In this document: in pieces, positions 9,901-22,471 of the stretch | Position numbering within the stretch: the first letter of the stretch is position 1 | How the letters are laid out: the number at the start of each line of letters is the position of its first letter | Assembly (NCBI GenBank): GCA_002189035.1 | Contig: NEEC01000338.1 | Location: 1-22,471, forward strand | Direction of reading: 5' to 3' | Source of the DNA: Utricularia gibba | Taxonomy: Eukaryota; Plantae; Magnoliophyta | DNA: 22,471 nucleotides | The notes under the pieces: model-generated | What the model saw: the letters and a program-made list of their open reading frames with translations, nothing else | Told to the model about the DNA's origin: nothing | The model's database searches: none | Made by a program: the position numbers and the translations under genes

Positions 9901-12900
9901 GTTCTCAACACGAAAGAAGACGGCTCGGAACGAGCTTCGAAACGGTATGATATGTGCAACATGACTCATCACCATTTGAAGATATCCACTCGATACGAAG
10001 AGTGCACGAGGCCACCATGAGGTGTGGCTAGGGACACACCCATCTTAAATGATCATCTCGAAATCCAAAATTTCACATCGTCCCATGAAATACATACGTC
10101 TTGCATGTCAAAAATCACATTCGCATCGAGTCAGGTGTCCCGAGTCACATTTTCGCGAATGTGGTGGCCACTTCGTTGCACATCTGAAGGCTAATATAAG
10201 GCAATCTTTCGAGCATTTGTGCAGCCTCGGACGAACAAGTTCTCAACACGAAAGAAGACCGGCTCGGAACGAGCTTCGAAACGGTATGATATGTGCAACA
10301 TGACTCATCACCGTTCGCAAGATATCCACTCGATACCGAAGAGTGCACGAGGCCACCATGAGGTGGTGGCTAGGACACACCCTTAAATGATCATCTCGAA
10401 ATCCAAAATTTCACATCGTCCATGAAATACATACGTCTTGCATGTCAAAAATCACATTCGCATCGAGTCAGGTGTCCCGAGTCACATTTCGCGAATGTGG
10501 TGGCCACTTCGTTGCACATCTGAAGCTAATATAAGGCAATCTTTCGAGCATTTGTGCAGCTCGGACGAACAAGTTCTCAACACGAAAGAAGACCGGCTCG
10601 GAACGAGCTTCGAAACGGTATGATATGTGCAACATGACTCATCACCGTTCGCAAGATATCCACTCGATACCGAAGAGTGCACGAGGCCACCATGAGGTGG
10701 TGGCTAGGGACACACCTAAATGATCATCTCGAAATCAAAATTTCACATCGTCCCATGAAATAATACGTCTTGCATGTCAAAAATCACATTCGCATCGAGT
10801 CAGGTGTCCCGAGTCACATTTCGCGAATGTGGTGGCCACTTCGTTGCACATCTGAAGGCTAATATAAGGCAATCTTTCGAGCATTTGTGCAGCCTCGGAC
10901 GAACAAGTTCTCAACACGAAAGAAGACCGGCTCGGAACGAGCTTCGAAACGGTATGATATGTGCAACATGACTCATCACCGTTCGCAAGATATCCACTCG
11001 ATACCGAAGAGTGCACGAGGCCACCATGAGGTGGTGGCTAGGGACACACCTTAAATGATCATCTCGAAATCCAAAATTTCACATCGTCCATGAAATACAT
11101 ACGTCTTGCATGTCAAAAATCACATTCGCATCGAGTCAGGTGTCCCGAGTCACATTTTCGCGAATGTGGTGGCCACTTCGTTGCACATCTGAAGGCTAAT
11201 ATAAGGCAATCTTTCGAGCATTTGTGCAGCCTCGGACGAACAAGTTCTCAACACGAAAGAAGACCGGCTCGGAACGAGCTTCGAACGGTATGATATGTGC
11301 AACATGACTCATCACCGTTCGCAAGATATCCACTCGATACCGAAGAGTGCACGAGGCCACCATGAGGTGTGCTAGGGACACACCTTAAATGATCATCTCG
11401 AAATCCAAAATTTACATCGTCCCATGAAATACATACGTCTTGCATGTCAAAAATCACATTCGCATCGAGTCAGGTGTCCCGAGTCACATTTCGCGAACGT
11501 GGTGGCCACTTCGTTGCACATCTGAAGGCTAATATAAGGCAATCTTTCGAGCATTTGTGCAGCCTCGGACGAACAAGTTCTCAACACGAAAGAAGACCGG
11601 CTCGGAACGAGCTTCGAAACGGTATGATATGTGCAACATGACATCACCGTTCGCAAGATATCCACTCGATACCGAAGAGTGCACGAGGCCACCATGAGGT
11701 GTGGCTAGGGACACACCCTTAAATGATCATCTCGAAATCCAAAATTTCACATCGTCCCATGAAATACATACGTCTTGCATGTCAAAAATCACATTCGCAT
11801 CGAGTCAGGTGTCCCGAGTCACATTTTCGCGAATGTGGTGGCCACTTCGTTGCACATCTGAAGGCTAATATAAGGCAATCTTTCGAGCATTTGTGCAGCC
11901 TCGGACGAACAAGTTCTCAACACGAAAGAAGACGGCTCGGAACGAGCTTCGAAACGGTATGATATGTGCAACATGACTCATCACCGTTTGCAAGATATCC
12001 ACTCGATACCGAAGAGTGCACGAGGCCACCATGAGGTGTGGCTAGGACACACCTTAAATGATCATCTCGAAATCCAAATTTCACATCGTCCCATGAAATA
12101 CATACGTCTTGCATGTCAAAAATCACATTCGCATCGAGTCAGGTGTCCGAGTCACATTTTCGCGAATGTGGTGGCCACTTCGTTGCACATCTGAAGGCTA
12201 ATATAAGGCAATCTTTCGAGCATTTGTGCAGCCTCGGACGAACAAGTTCAACACGAAAGAACCGGCTCGGAACGAGCTTCGAAACGGTATGATATGTGCA
12301 ACATGACTCATCACCGTTCGCAAGATATCCACTCGATACCGAAGAGTGCACGAGGCCACCATGAGGTGTGGCTAGGGACACACCCATCTTAAATGATCAT
12401 CTCGAAATCCAAATTTTCACATCGTCCCATGAAACATACGTCTTGCATGTCAAAAATCACATTCGCATCGAGTCAGGTGTCCCGAGTCACATTTTCGCGA
12501 ATGTGGTGGCCACTTCGTTGCACATCTGAAGGCTAATATAAGGCAATCTTTCGAGCATTTGTGCAGCCTCGGACGAACAAGTTCTCAACACGAAAGAAGA
12601 CCGGCTCGGAACGAGCTTCGAAACGGTATGATATGTGCAACATGACTCATCACAAAGATATCCACTCGATACGAAGAGTGCACGAGGCCACCATGAGGTG
12701 GTGGCTAGGGACACACCCTTAAATGATCATCTCGAAATCCAAAATTTCACATCGTCCCATGAAATACATACGTCTTGCATGTCAAAAATCACATTCGCAT
12801 CGAGTCAGGTGTCCCGAGTCACATTTTCGCGAATGTGGTGGCCACTTCGTTGCACATCTGAAGGCTAATATAAGGCAATCTTTCGAGCATTTGTGCAGCC

Positions 12901-15900
12901 TCGGACGAACAAGTTCTCAACACGAAAGAAGACCGGCTCGGAACGAGCTTCGAAACGGTATGATATGTGCAACATGACTCATCACCGTTCGCAAGATATC
13001 CACTCGATACCGAAGAGTGCACGAGGCCACCATGAGGTTGTGGCTAGGGACACACCTTAAATGATCATCTCGAAATCCAAAATTTCACATCGTCCATGAA
13101 ATACATACGTCTTGCATGTCAAAAATCACATTCGCATCGAGTCAGGTGTCCCGAGTCACATTTTCGCGAATGTGGTGGCCACTTCGTTGCACATCTGAAG
13201 GCTAATATAAGGCAATCTTTCGAGCATTTGTGCAGCCTCGGACGAACAAGTTCTCAACACGAAAGAAGACCGGCTCGGAACGAGCTTCGAAACGGTATGA
13301 TATGTGCAACATGACTCATCACCGTTCGCAAGATATCACTCGATACCGAAGAGTGCACGAGGCACCATGAGGTTGTGGCTAGGGACACACCATCTTAAAT
13401 GATCATCTCGAAATCCAAATTTCACATCGTCCCATGAAATACATACGTCTTGCATGTCAAAAATCACATTCGCATCGAGTCAGGTGTCCCGAGTCACATT
13501 TTCGCGAATGTGGTGGCCACTTCGTTGCACATCTGAAGGCTAATATAAGGCAATCTTTCGAGCATTTGTGCCTCCTCGGACGAACAAGTTCTCAACACGA
13601 AAAAAAGACCGGCTCGGAACGAGCTTCGAAACGGTATGATATGTGCAACATGACTCATCACCGTTTGCAAGATATCCACTCGATACCGAAGAGTGCACGA
13701 GGCCACCATGAGGTGTGGCTAGGACACCCATCTTAAATGATCATCTCGAAATCCAAATTTCACATCGTCCATGAAATACATACGTCTTGCATGTCAAAAA
13801 TCACATTCGCATCGAGTCAGGTGTCCGAGTCACATTTTCGCGAATGTGGTGGCCACTTCGTTGCACATCTGAAGGCTAATATAAGGCAATCTTTCGAGCA
13901 TTTGTGCAGCCTCGGACGAACAAGTTCTCAACACGAAAGAAGACCGGCTCGGAACGAGCTTCGAAACGGTATGATATGTGCAACATGACTCATCACCGTT
14001 CGCAAGATATCCACTCGATACCGAAGAGTGCACGAGGCCACCATGAGGTGGTGGCTAGGGACACACCCAAATGATCATCTCGAAATCCAAAATTTCACAT
14101 CGTCCCATGAAATACATACGTCTTGCATGTCAAAAATCACATTCGCATCGAGTCAGGTGTCCCGAGTCACATTTCGCGAATGTGGTGGCCACTTCGTTGC
14201 ACATCTGAAGGCTAATATAAGGCAATCTTTCGAGCATTTGTGCAGCTCGGACGAACAAGTTCTCAACACGAAAGAAGACCGGCTCGGAACGAGCTTCGAA
14301 ACGGTATGATATGTGCAACATGACTCATCACCGTTCGCAAGATATCCACTCGATACCGAAGAGTGCACGAGGCCACCATGAGGTGTGGCTAGGGACACAC
14401 CCTTAAATGATCATCTCGAAATCCAAAATTTCACATCGTCCCATGAAATACATACGTCTTGCATGTCAAAAATCACATTCGCATCGAGTCAGGTGTCCCG
14501 AGTCACATTTTCGCGAATGTGGTGGCCACTTCGTTGCACATCTGAAGGCTAATATAAGGCAATCTTTCGAGCATTTGTGCAGCTCGGACGAACAAGTTCT
14601 CAACACGAAAGAAGACCGGCTCGGAACGAGCTTCGAAACGGTATGATATGTGCAACATGACTCATCACCGTTCGCAAGATATCCACTCGATACCGAAGAG
14701 TGCACGAGGCCACCATGAGGTGGTGGCTAGGGACACACCCTTAAATGATCATCTCGAAATCCAAATTTCACATCGTCCATGAAATACATACGTCTTGCAT
14801 GTCAAAAATCACATTCGCATCGAGTCAGGTGTCCCGAGTCACATTTCGCGAATGTGGTGGCCACTTCGTTGCACATCTGAAGGCTAATATAAGGCAATCT
14901 TTCGAGCATTTGTGCAGCCTCGGACGAACAAGTTCTCAACACGAAAGAAGACCGGCTCGGAACGAGCTTCGAAACGGTATGATATGTGCAACATGACTCA
15001 TCACCGTTCGCAAGATATCCACTCGATACCGAAGAGTGCACGAGGCCACCATGAGGTGTGGCTAGGGACACACCTAAATGATCATCTCGAAATCCAAAAT
15101 TTCACATCGTCCATGAAATACATACGTCTTGCATGTCAAAAATCACATTCGCATCGAGTCAGGTGTCCCGAGTCACATTTTCGCGAATGTGGTGGCCACT
15201 TCGTTGCACATCTGAAGGCTAATATAAGGCAATCTTTCGAGCATTTGTGCAGCCTCGGACGAACAAGTTCTCAACACGAAAAGACCGGCTCGGAACGAGC
15301 TTCGAAACGGTATGATATGTGCAACATGACTCATCACCGTTCGCAAGATATCCACTCGATACCGAAGAGTGCACGAGGCCACCATGAGGTTGTGGCTAGG
15401 GACACACCATGGCATCTTAAATGATCATCTCGAAATCCAAATTTCACATCGTCCATGAAATACATACGTCTTGCATGTCAAAAATCACATTCGCATCGAG
15501 TCAGGTGTCCCGAGTCACATTTTCGCGAATGTGGTGGCCACTTCGTTGCACATCTGAAGGCTAATATAAGGCAATCTTTCGAGCATTTGTGCCTCCTCGG
15601 ACGAACAAGTTCTCAACACGAAAGAAGACCGGCTCGGAACGAGCTTCGAACGGTATGATATGTGCAACATGACTCATCACCAAGATATCCACTCGATACC
15701 GAAGAGTGCACGAGGCCACCATGAGGTTGTGGCTAGGACACACCCATCTTAAATGATCATCTCGAAATCCAAATTTCACATCGTCCCATGAAATACATAC
15801 GTCTTGCATGTCAAAAATCACATTCGCATCGAGTCAGGTGTCCCGAGTCACATTTTCGCGAATGTGGTGGCCACTTCGTTGCACATCTGAAGGCTAATAT

Positions 15901-18900
15901 AAGGCAATCTTTCGAGCATTTGTGCAGCTTCGGACGAACAAGTTCTCAACACGAAAGAAGACCGGCTCGGAACGAGCTTCGAAACGGTATGATATGTGCA
16001 ACATGACTCATCACCGTTCGCAAGATATCCACTCGATACCGAAGAGTGCACGAGGCCACCATGAGGTGGTGGCTAGGGACACACCCTTAAATGATCATCT
16101 CGAAATCCAAAATTTCACATCGTCCCATGAAATACATACGTCTTGCATGTCAAAAATCACATTCGCATCGAGTCAGGTGTCCCGAGTCACATTTCGCGAA
16201 TGTGGTGGCACTTCGTTGCACATCTGAAGGCTAATAAGGCAATCTTTCGAGCATTTGTGCAGCCTCGGACGAACAAGTTCTCAACACGAAAGAAGACCGG
16301 CTCGGAACGAGCTTCGAAACGGTATGATATGTGCAACATGACTCATCACCGTTCGCAAGATATCCACTCGATACCGAAGAGTGCACGAGGCCACCATGAG
16401 GTGGTGGCTAGGGACACACCCTTAAATGATCATCTCGAAATCCAAAATTTCACATCGTCCCATGAAATACATACGTCTTGCATGTCAAAAATCACATTCG
16501 CATCGAGTCAGGTGTCCCGAGTCACATTTCGCGAATGTGGTGGCCACTTCGTTGCACATCTGAAGCTAATATAAGGCAATCTTTCGAGCATTTGTGCAGC
16601 TCGGACGAACAAGTTCTCAACACGAAAGAAGACCGGCTCGGAACGAGCTTCGAAACGGTATGATATGTGCAACATGACTCATCACCGTTCGCAAGATATC
16701 CACTCGATACCGAAGAGTGCACGAGGCCACCATGAGGTGGTGGCTAGGGACACACCCTTAAATGATCATCTCGAAATCCAAATTTCACATCGTCCCATGA
16801 AATACATACGTCTTGCATGTCAAAAATCACATTCGCATCGAGTCAGGTGTCCCGAGTCACATTTTCGCGAATGTGGTGGCCACTTCGTTGCACATCTGAA
16901 GGCTAATATAAGGCAATCTTTCGAGCATTTGTGCAGCCTCGGACGAACAAGTTCTCAACACGAAAGAAGACCGGCTCGGAACGAGCTTCGAAACGGTATG
17001 ATATGTGCAACATGACTCATCACCGTTCGCAAGATATCCACTCGATACCGAAGAGTGCACGAGGCCACCATGAGGTGGTGGCTAGGGACACACCTTAAAT
17101 GATCATCTCGAAATCCAAAATTTCACATCGTCCATGAAATACATACGTCTTGCATGTCAAAAATCACATTCGCATCGAGTCAGGTGTCCCGAGTCACATT
17201 TTCGCGAATGTGGTGGCCACTTCGTTGCACATCTGAAGGCTAATATAAGGCAATCTTTCGAGCATTTGTGCAGCCTCGGACGAACAAGTTCTCAACACGA
17301 AAGAAGACCGGCTCGGAACGAGCTTCGAAACGGTATGATATGTGCAACATGACTCATCACCGTTCGCAAGATATCCACTCGATACCGAAGAGTGCACGAG
17401 GCCACCATGAGGTGGTGGCTAGGGACACACCCTTAAATGATCATCTCGAAATCCAAAATTTCACATCGTCCATGAAATACATACGTTTGCATGTCAAAAA
17501 TCACATTCGCATCGAGTCAGGTGTCCCGAGTCACATTTTCGCGAATGTGGTGGCCACTTCGTTGCACATCTGAAGGCTAATATAAGGCAATCTTTCGAGC
17601 ATTTGTGCCTCCTCGGACGAACAAGTTCTCAACACGAAAGAAAGACCGGCTCGGAACGAGCTTCGAAACGGTATGATATGTGCAACATGACTCATCACCG
17701 TTTGCAAGATATCCACTCGATACCGAAGAGTGCACGAGGCCACCATGAGGTTGTGGCTAGGACACACCATCTTAAATGATCATCTCGAAATCCAAAATTT
17801 CACATCGTCCATGAAATACATACGTCTTGCATGTCAAAAATCACATTCGCATCGAGTCAGGTGTCCCGAGTCACATTTTCGCGAATGTGGTGGCCACTTC
17901 GTTGCACATCTGAAGGCTAATATAAGGCAATCTTTCGAGCATTTGTGCCTCCTCGGACGAACAAGTTCTCAACACGAAAGAAGACCGGCTCGGAACGAGC
18001 TTCGAAACGGTATGATATGTGCAACATGACTCATCACCGTTCGCAAGATATCCACTCGATACCGAAGAGTGCACGAGGCCACCATGAGGTTGTGGCTAGG
18101 GACACACCCTTAAATGATCATCTCGAAATCCAAATTTTCACATCGTCCCATGAAATACATACGTCTTGCATGTCAAAAATCACATTCGCATCGAGTCAGG
18201 TGTCCCGAGTCACATTTTCGCGAATGTGGTGGCCACTTCGTTGCACATCTGAAGGCTAATATAAGGCAATCTTTCGAGCATTTGTGCAGCTTCGGACGAA
18301 CAAGTTCTCAACACGAAAGAAGACCGGCTCGGAACGAGCTTCGAAACGGTATGATATGTGCAACATGACTCATCACCGTTCGCAAGATATCCACTCGATA
18401 CCGAAGAGTGCACGAGGCCACCATGAGGTGGTGGCTAGGGACACACCTTAAATGATCATCTCGAAATCCAAAATTTCACATCGTCCATGAAATACATACG
18501 TCTTGCATGTCAAAAATCACATTCGCATCGAGTCAGGTGTCCCGAGTCACATTTCGCGAATGTGGTGGCCACTTCGTTGCACATCTGAAGGCTAATATAA
18601 GGCAATCTTTCGAGCATTTGTGCAGCCTCGGACGAACAAGTTCTCAACACGAAAGAAGACCGGCTCGGAACGAGCTTCGAAACGGTATGATATGTGCAAC
18701 ATGACTCATCACCGTTCGCAAGATATCCACTCGATACCGAAGAGTGCACGAGGCCACCATGAGGTGTGGCTAGGACACACCCTTAAATGATCATCTCGAA
18801 ATCCAAAATTTCACATCGTCCCATGAAATACATACGTCTTGCATGTCAAAAATCACATTCGCATCGAGTCAGGTGTCCCGAGTCACATTTTCGCGAATGT

Positions 18901-21900
18901 GGTGGCCACTTCGTTGCACATCTGAAGGCTAATATAAGGCAATCTTTCGAGCATTTGTGCAGCCTCGGACGAACAAGCCTCACACGAAAGAAGACCGGCT
19001 CGGAACGAGCTTCGAAACGGTATGATATGTGCAACATGACTCATCACCGTTCGCAAGATATCCACTCGATACCGAAGAGTGCACGAGGCCACCATGAGGT
19101 GTGGCTAGGGACACACCCTTAAATGATCATCTCGAAATCAAATTTTCACATCGTCCATGAAATACATACGTCTTGCATGTCAAAAATCACATTCGCATCG
19201 AGTCAGGTGTCCCGAGTCACATTTCGCGAATGTGGTGGCCACTTCGTTGCACATCTGAAGGCTAATATAAGGCAATCTTTCGAGCATTTGTGCAGCTCGG
19301 ACGAACAAGTTCTCAACACGAAAGAAGACCGGCTCGGAACGAGCTTCGAAACGGTATGATATGTGCAACATGACTCATCACCGTTTGCAAGATATCCACT
19401 CGATACCGAAGAGTGCACGAGGCCACCATGAGGTGTGGCTAGGACACACCCTCTTAAATGATCATCTCGAAATCCAAAATTTCACATCGTCCCATGAAAT
19501 ACATACGTCTTGCATGTCAAAAATCACATTCGCATCGAGTCAGGTGTCCCGAGTCACATTTTCGCGAATGTGGTGGCCACTTCGTTGCACATCTGAAGGC
19601 TAATATAAGGCAATCTTTCGAGCATTTGTGCAGCTTCGGACGAACAAGTTCTCAACACGAAAGAAGACCGGCTCGGAACGAGCTTCGAAACGGTATGATA
19701 TGTGCAACATGACTCATCACCGTTCGCAAGATATCCACTCGATACCGAAGAGTGCACGAGGCCACCATGAGGTGGTGGCTAGGGACACACCCTTAAATGA
19801 TCATCTCGAAATCCAAATTTCACATCGTCCCATGAAATACATACGTCTTGCATGTCAAAAATCACATTCGCATCGAGTCAGGTGTCCCGAGTCACATTTC
19901 GCGAATGTGGTGGCCACTTCGTTGCACATCTGAAGGCTAATATAAGGCAATCTTTCGAGCATTTGTGCAGCCTCGGACGAACAAGTTCTCAACACGAAAG
20001 AAGACCGGCTCGGAACGAGCTTCGAACGGTATGATATGTGCAACATGACTCATCACCGTTCGCAAGATATCCACTCGATACCGAAGAGTGCACGAGGCCA
20101 CCATGAGGTGGTGGCTAGGGACACATTAAATGATCATCTCGAAATCCAAAATTTCACATCGTCCATGAAATACATACGTCTTGCATGTCAAAAATCACAT
20201 TCGCATCGAGTCAGGTGTCCCGAGTCACATTTTCGCGAATGTGGTGGCCACTTCGTTGCACATCTGAAGGCTAATATAAGGCAATCTTTCGAGCATTTGT
20301 GCAGCCTCGGACGAACAAGTTCTCAACACGAAAGAAGACCGGCTCGGAACGAGCTTCGAAACGGTATGATATGTGCAACATGACTCATCACCGTTCGCAA
20401 GATATCCACTCGATACCGAAGAGTGCACGAGGCCACCATGAGGTGGTGGCTAGGGACACACCCTTAAATGATCATCTCGAAATCCAAAATTTCACATCGT
20501 CCCATGAAATACATACGTCTTGCATGTCAAAAATCACATTCGCATCGAGTCAGGTGTCCCGAGTCACATTTCGCGAATGTGGTGGCCACTTCGTTGCACA
20601 TCTGAAGGCTAATATAAGGCAATCTTTCGAGCATTTGTGCAGCCTCGGACGAACAAGTTCTCAACACGAAAGAAGACCGGCTCGGAACGAGCTTCGAAAC
20701 GGTATGATATGTGCAACATGACTCATCACCGTTCGCAAGATATCCACTCGATACCGAAGAGTGCACGAGGCCACCATGAGGTGGTGGCTAGGGACACACT
20801 TAAATGATCATCTCGAAATCCAAAATTTCACATCGTCCCATGAAATACATACGTCTTGCATGTCAAAAATCACATTCGCATCGAGTCAGGTGTCCCGAGT
20901 CACATTTTCGCGAATGTGGTGGCCACTTCGTTGCACATCTGAAGGCTAATATAAGGCAATCTTTCGAGCATTTGTGCAGCCTCGGACGAACAAGTTCTCA
21001 ACACGAAAGAAGACCGCTCGGAACGAGCTTCGAAACGGTATGATATGTGCAACATGACTCATCACCGTTCGCAAGATATCCACTCGATACCGAAGAGTGC
21101 ACGAGGCCACCATGAGGTTGTGGCTATGCATCTTAAATGATCATCTCGAAATCCAAATTTCACATCGTCACATGAAATACATACGTCTTGCATGTCAAAA
21201 ATCACATTCGCATCGAGTCAGGTGTCCCGAGTCACATTTTCGCGAATGTGGTGGCCACTTCGTTGCACATCTGAAGGCTAATATAAGGCAATCTTTGAGC
21301 ATTTGTGCAGCCTCGGACGAACAAGTTCTCACACGAAAAAGACCGGCTCGGAACGAGCTTCGAAACGGTATGATATGTGCAACATGACTCATCACCGTTC
21401 GCAAGATATCCACTCGATACCGAAGAGTGCACGAGGCCACCATGAGGTTGTGGCTAGGGACACACCCATCTTAAATGATCATCTCGAAATCCAAAATTTC
21501 ACATCGTCCCATGAAATACATACGTCTTGCATGTCAAAAATCACATTCGCATCGAGTCAGGTGTCCCGAGTCACATTTTCGCGAATGTGGTGGCCACTTC
21601 GTTGCACATCTGAAGGCTAATATAAGGCAATCTTTCGAGCATTTGTGCAGCCTCGGACGAACAAGTTCTCAACACGAAAGAAGACCGGCTCGGAACGAGC
21701 TTCGAAACGGTATGATATGTGCAACATGACTCATCACCGTTCGCAAGATATCCACTCGATACCGAAGAGTGCACGAGGCCACCATGAGGTGGTGGCTAGG
21801 GACACACCCTTAAATGATCATCTCGAAATCCAAAATTTCACATCGTCCCATGAAATACATACGTCTTTGCATGTCAAAAATCACATTCGCATCGAGTCAG

Positions 21901-22471
21901 GTGTCCCGAGTCACATTTTCGCGAATGTGGTGGCCACTTCGTTGCACATCTGAAGCTAATATAAGGCAATCTTTCGAGCATTTGTGCAGCTTCGGACGAA
22001 CAAGTTCTCAACACGAAAGAAGACCGGCTCGGAACGAGCTTCGAAACGGTATGATATGTGCAACATGACTCATCACCGTTCGCAAGATATCCACTCGATA
22101 CCGAGAGTGCACGAGGCCACCATGAGGTGGTGGCTAGGGACACCCTTAAATGATCATCTCGAAATCCAAAATTTCACATCGTCCCATGAAATACATACGT
22201 CTTGCATGTCAAAAATCACATTCGCATCGAGCAGGTGTCCCGAGTCACATTTCGCGAATGTGGTGGCCACTTCGTTGCACATCTGAAGGCTAATATAAGG
22301 CAATCTTTCGAGCATTTGTGCAGCCTCGGACGAACAAGTTCTCAACACGAAAGAAGACCAGCTCGGAACGAGCTTCGAACGGTATGATATGGGCAACATG
22401 ACTCATCACCGTTCGCAAGATATCCACTCGATACCGAAGAGTGCACGAGGCCACCATGAGGTTGTGGCTAG

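Larger units (their letters stand above)
1..22471. repeat. Tandem array of a 339-bp monomer (67 units + 91-nt partial), satellite-like or rolling-circle concatemer
   Basis: The anchor GGTATGATATGTGCAAC recurs at 1, 333, 668, 1005, 1323, 1659, 1999, 2338, 2677 and so on up to 21709, 22048 and 22381. All copies are in the same orientation, with no spacer or unique sequence. The mean observed period is about 334 bp against a 339-bp consensus. Both window ends fall inside the array. Confidence 0.99.

Noticed and set aside
9-22399. All ORFs in the six-frame track (MIISKSK..., MCNMTHH..., MHSSVSS... and variants)
   Set aside because: They are the same short frames repeated once per unit and reshuffled by indel errors. 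There is no recognisable domain or RBS, so none is called as a CDS.
1-22471. DRT2/Neo-type endless ORF concatemer
   Set aside because: Every one of the six frames has at least one stop per unit, and no reverse transcriptase gene is in the window.
1-22471. CRISPR array
   Set aside because: There are no variable spacers; the entire unit is repeated.
1-22471. Assignment to a named satellite family or viroid of similar length
   Set aside because: Only the length is similar. I recognise no diagnostic sequence and cannot run a search.
1-22471. Fold-back or strand-switch chimera typical of MDA
   Set aside because: All units are in one orientation and no inversion junction was seen.

Overview
The whole 22,471-nt window is one uninterrupted, head-to-tail, single-orientation tandem array of a 339-bp monomer: 67 units plus a 91-nt partial, about 47.5% GC by my hand count. 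Consensus (copy at 1999-2337): GGTATGATATGTGCAACATGACTCATCACCGTTCGCAAGATATCCACTCGATACCGAAGAGTGCACGAGGCCACCATGAGGTGGTGGCTAGGGACACACCCTTAAATGATCATCTCGAAATCCAAAATTTCACATCGTCCCATGAAATACATACGTCTTGCATGTCAAAAATCACATTCGCATCGAGTCAGGTGTCCCGAGTCACATTTTCGCGAATGTGGTGGCCACTTCGTTGCACATCTGAAGGCTAATATAAGGCAATCTTTCGAGCATTTGTGCAGCCTCGGACGAACAAGTTCTCAACACGAAAGAAGACCGGCTCGGAACGAGCTTCGAAAC. Most copy-to-copy differences are 1-nt homopolymer indels with a deletion bias, as expected from an unpolished single-molecule long read. I recognise no gene, RNA gene, mobile element or CRISPR array, and the ORF track is the same few short frames repeated. I do not recognise the monomer. It is either a highly homogenised eukaryotic satellite or a rolling-circle concatemer of a small circle. 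Linked variants recurring every 5-7 units and CpG-focused transitions lean towards a native, methylated genomic array. The sequence alone does not demonstrate a new biological system.
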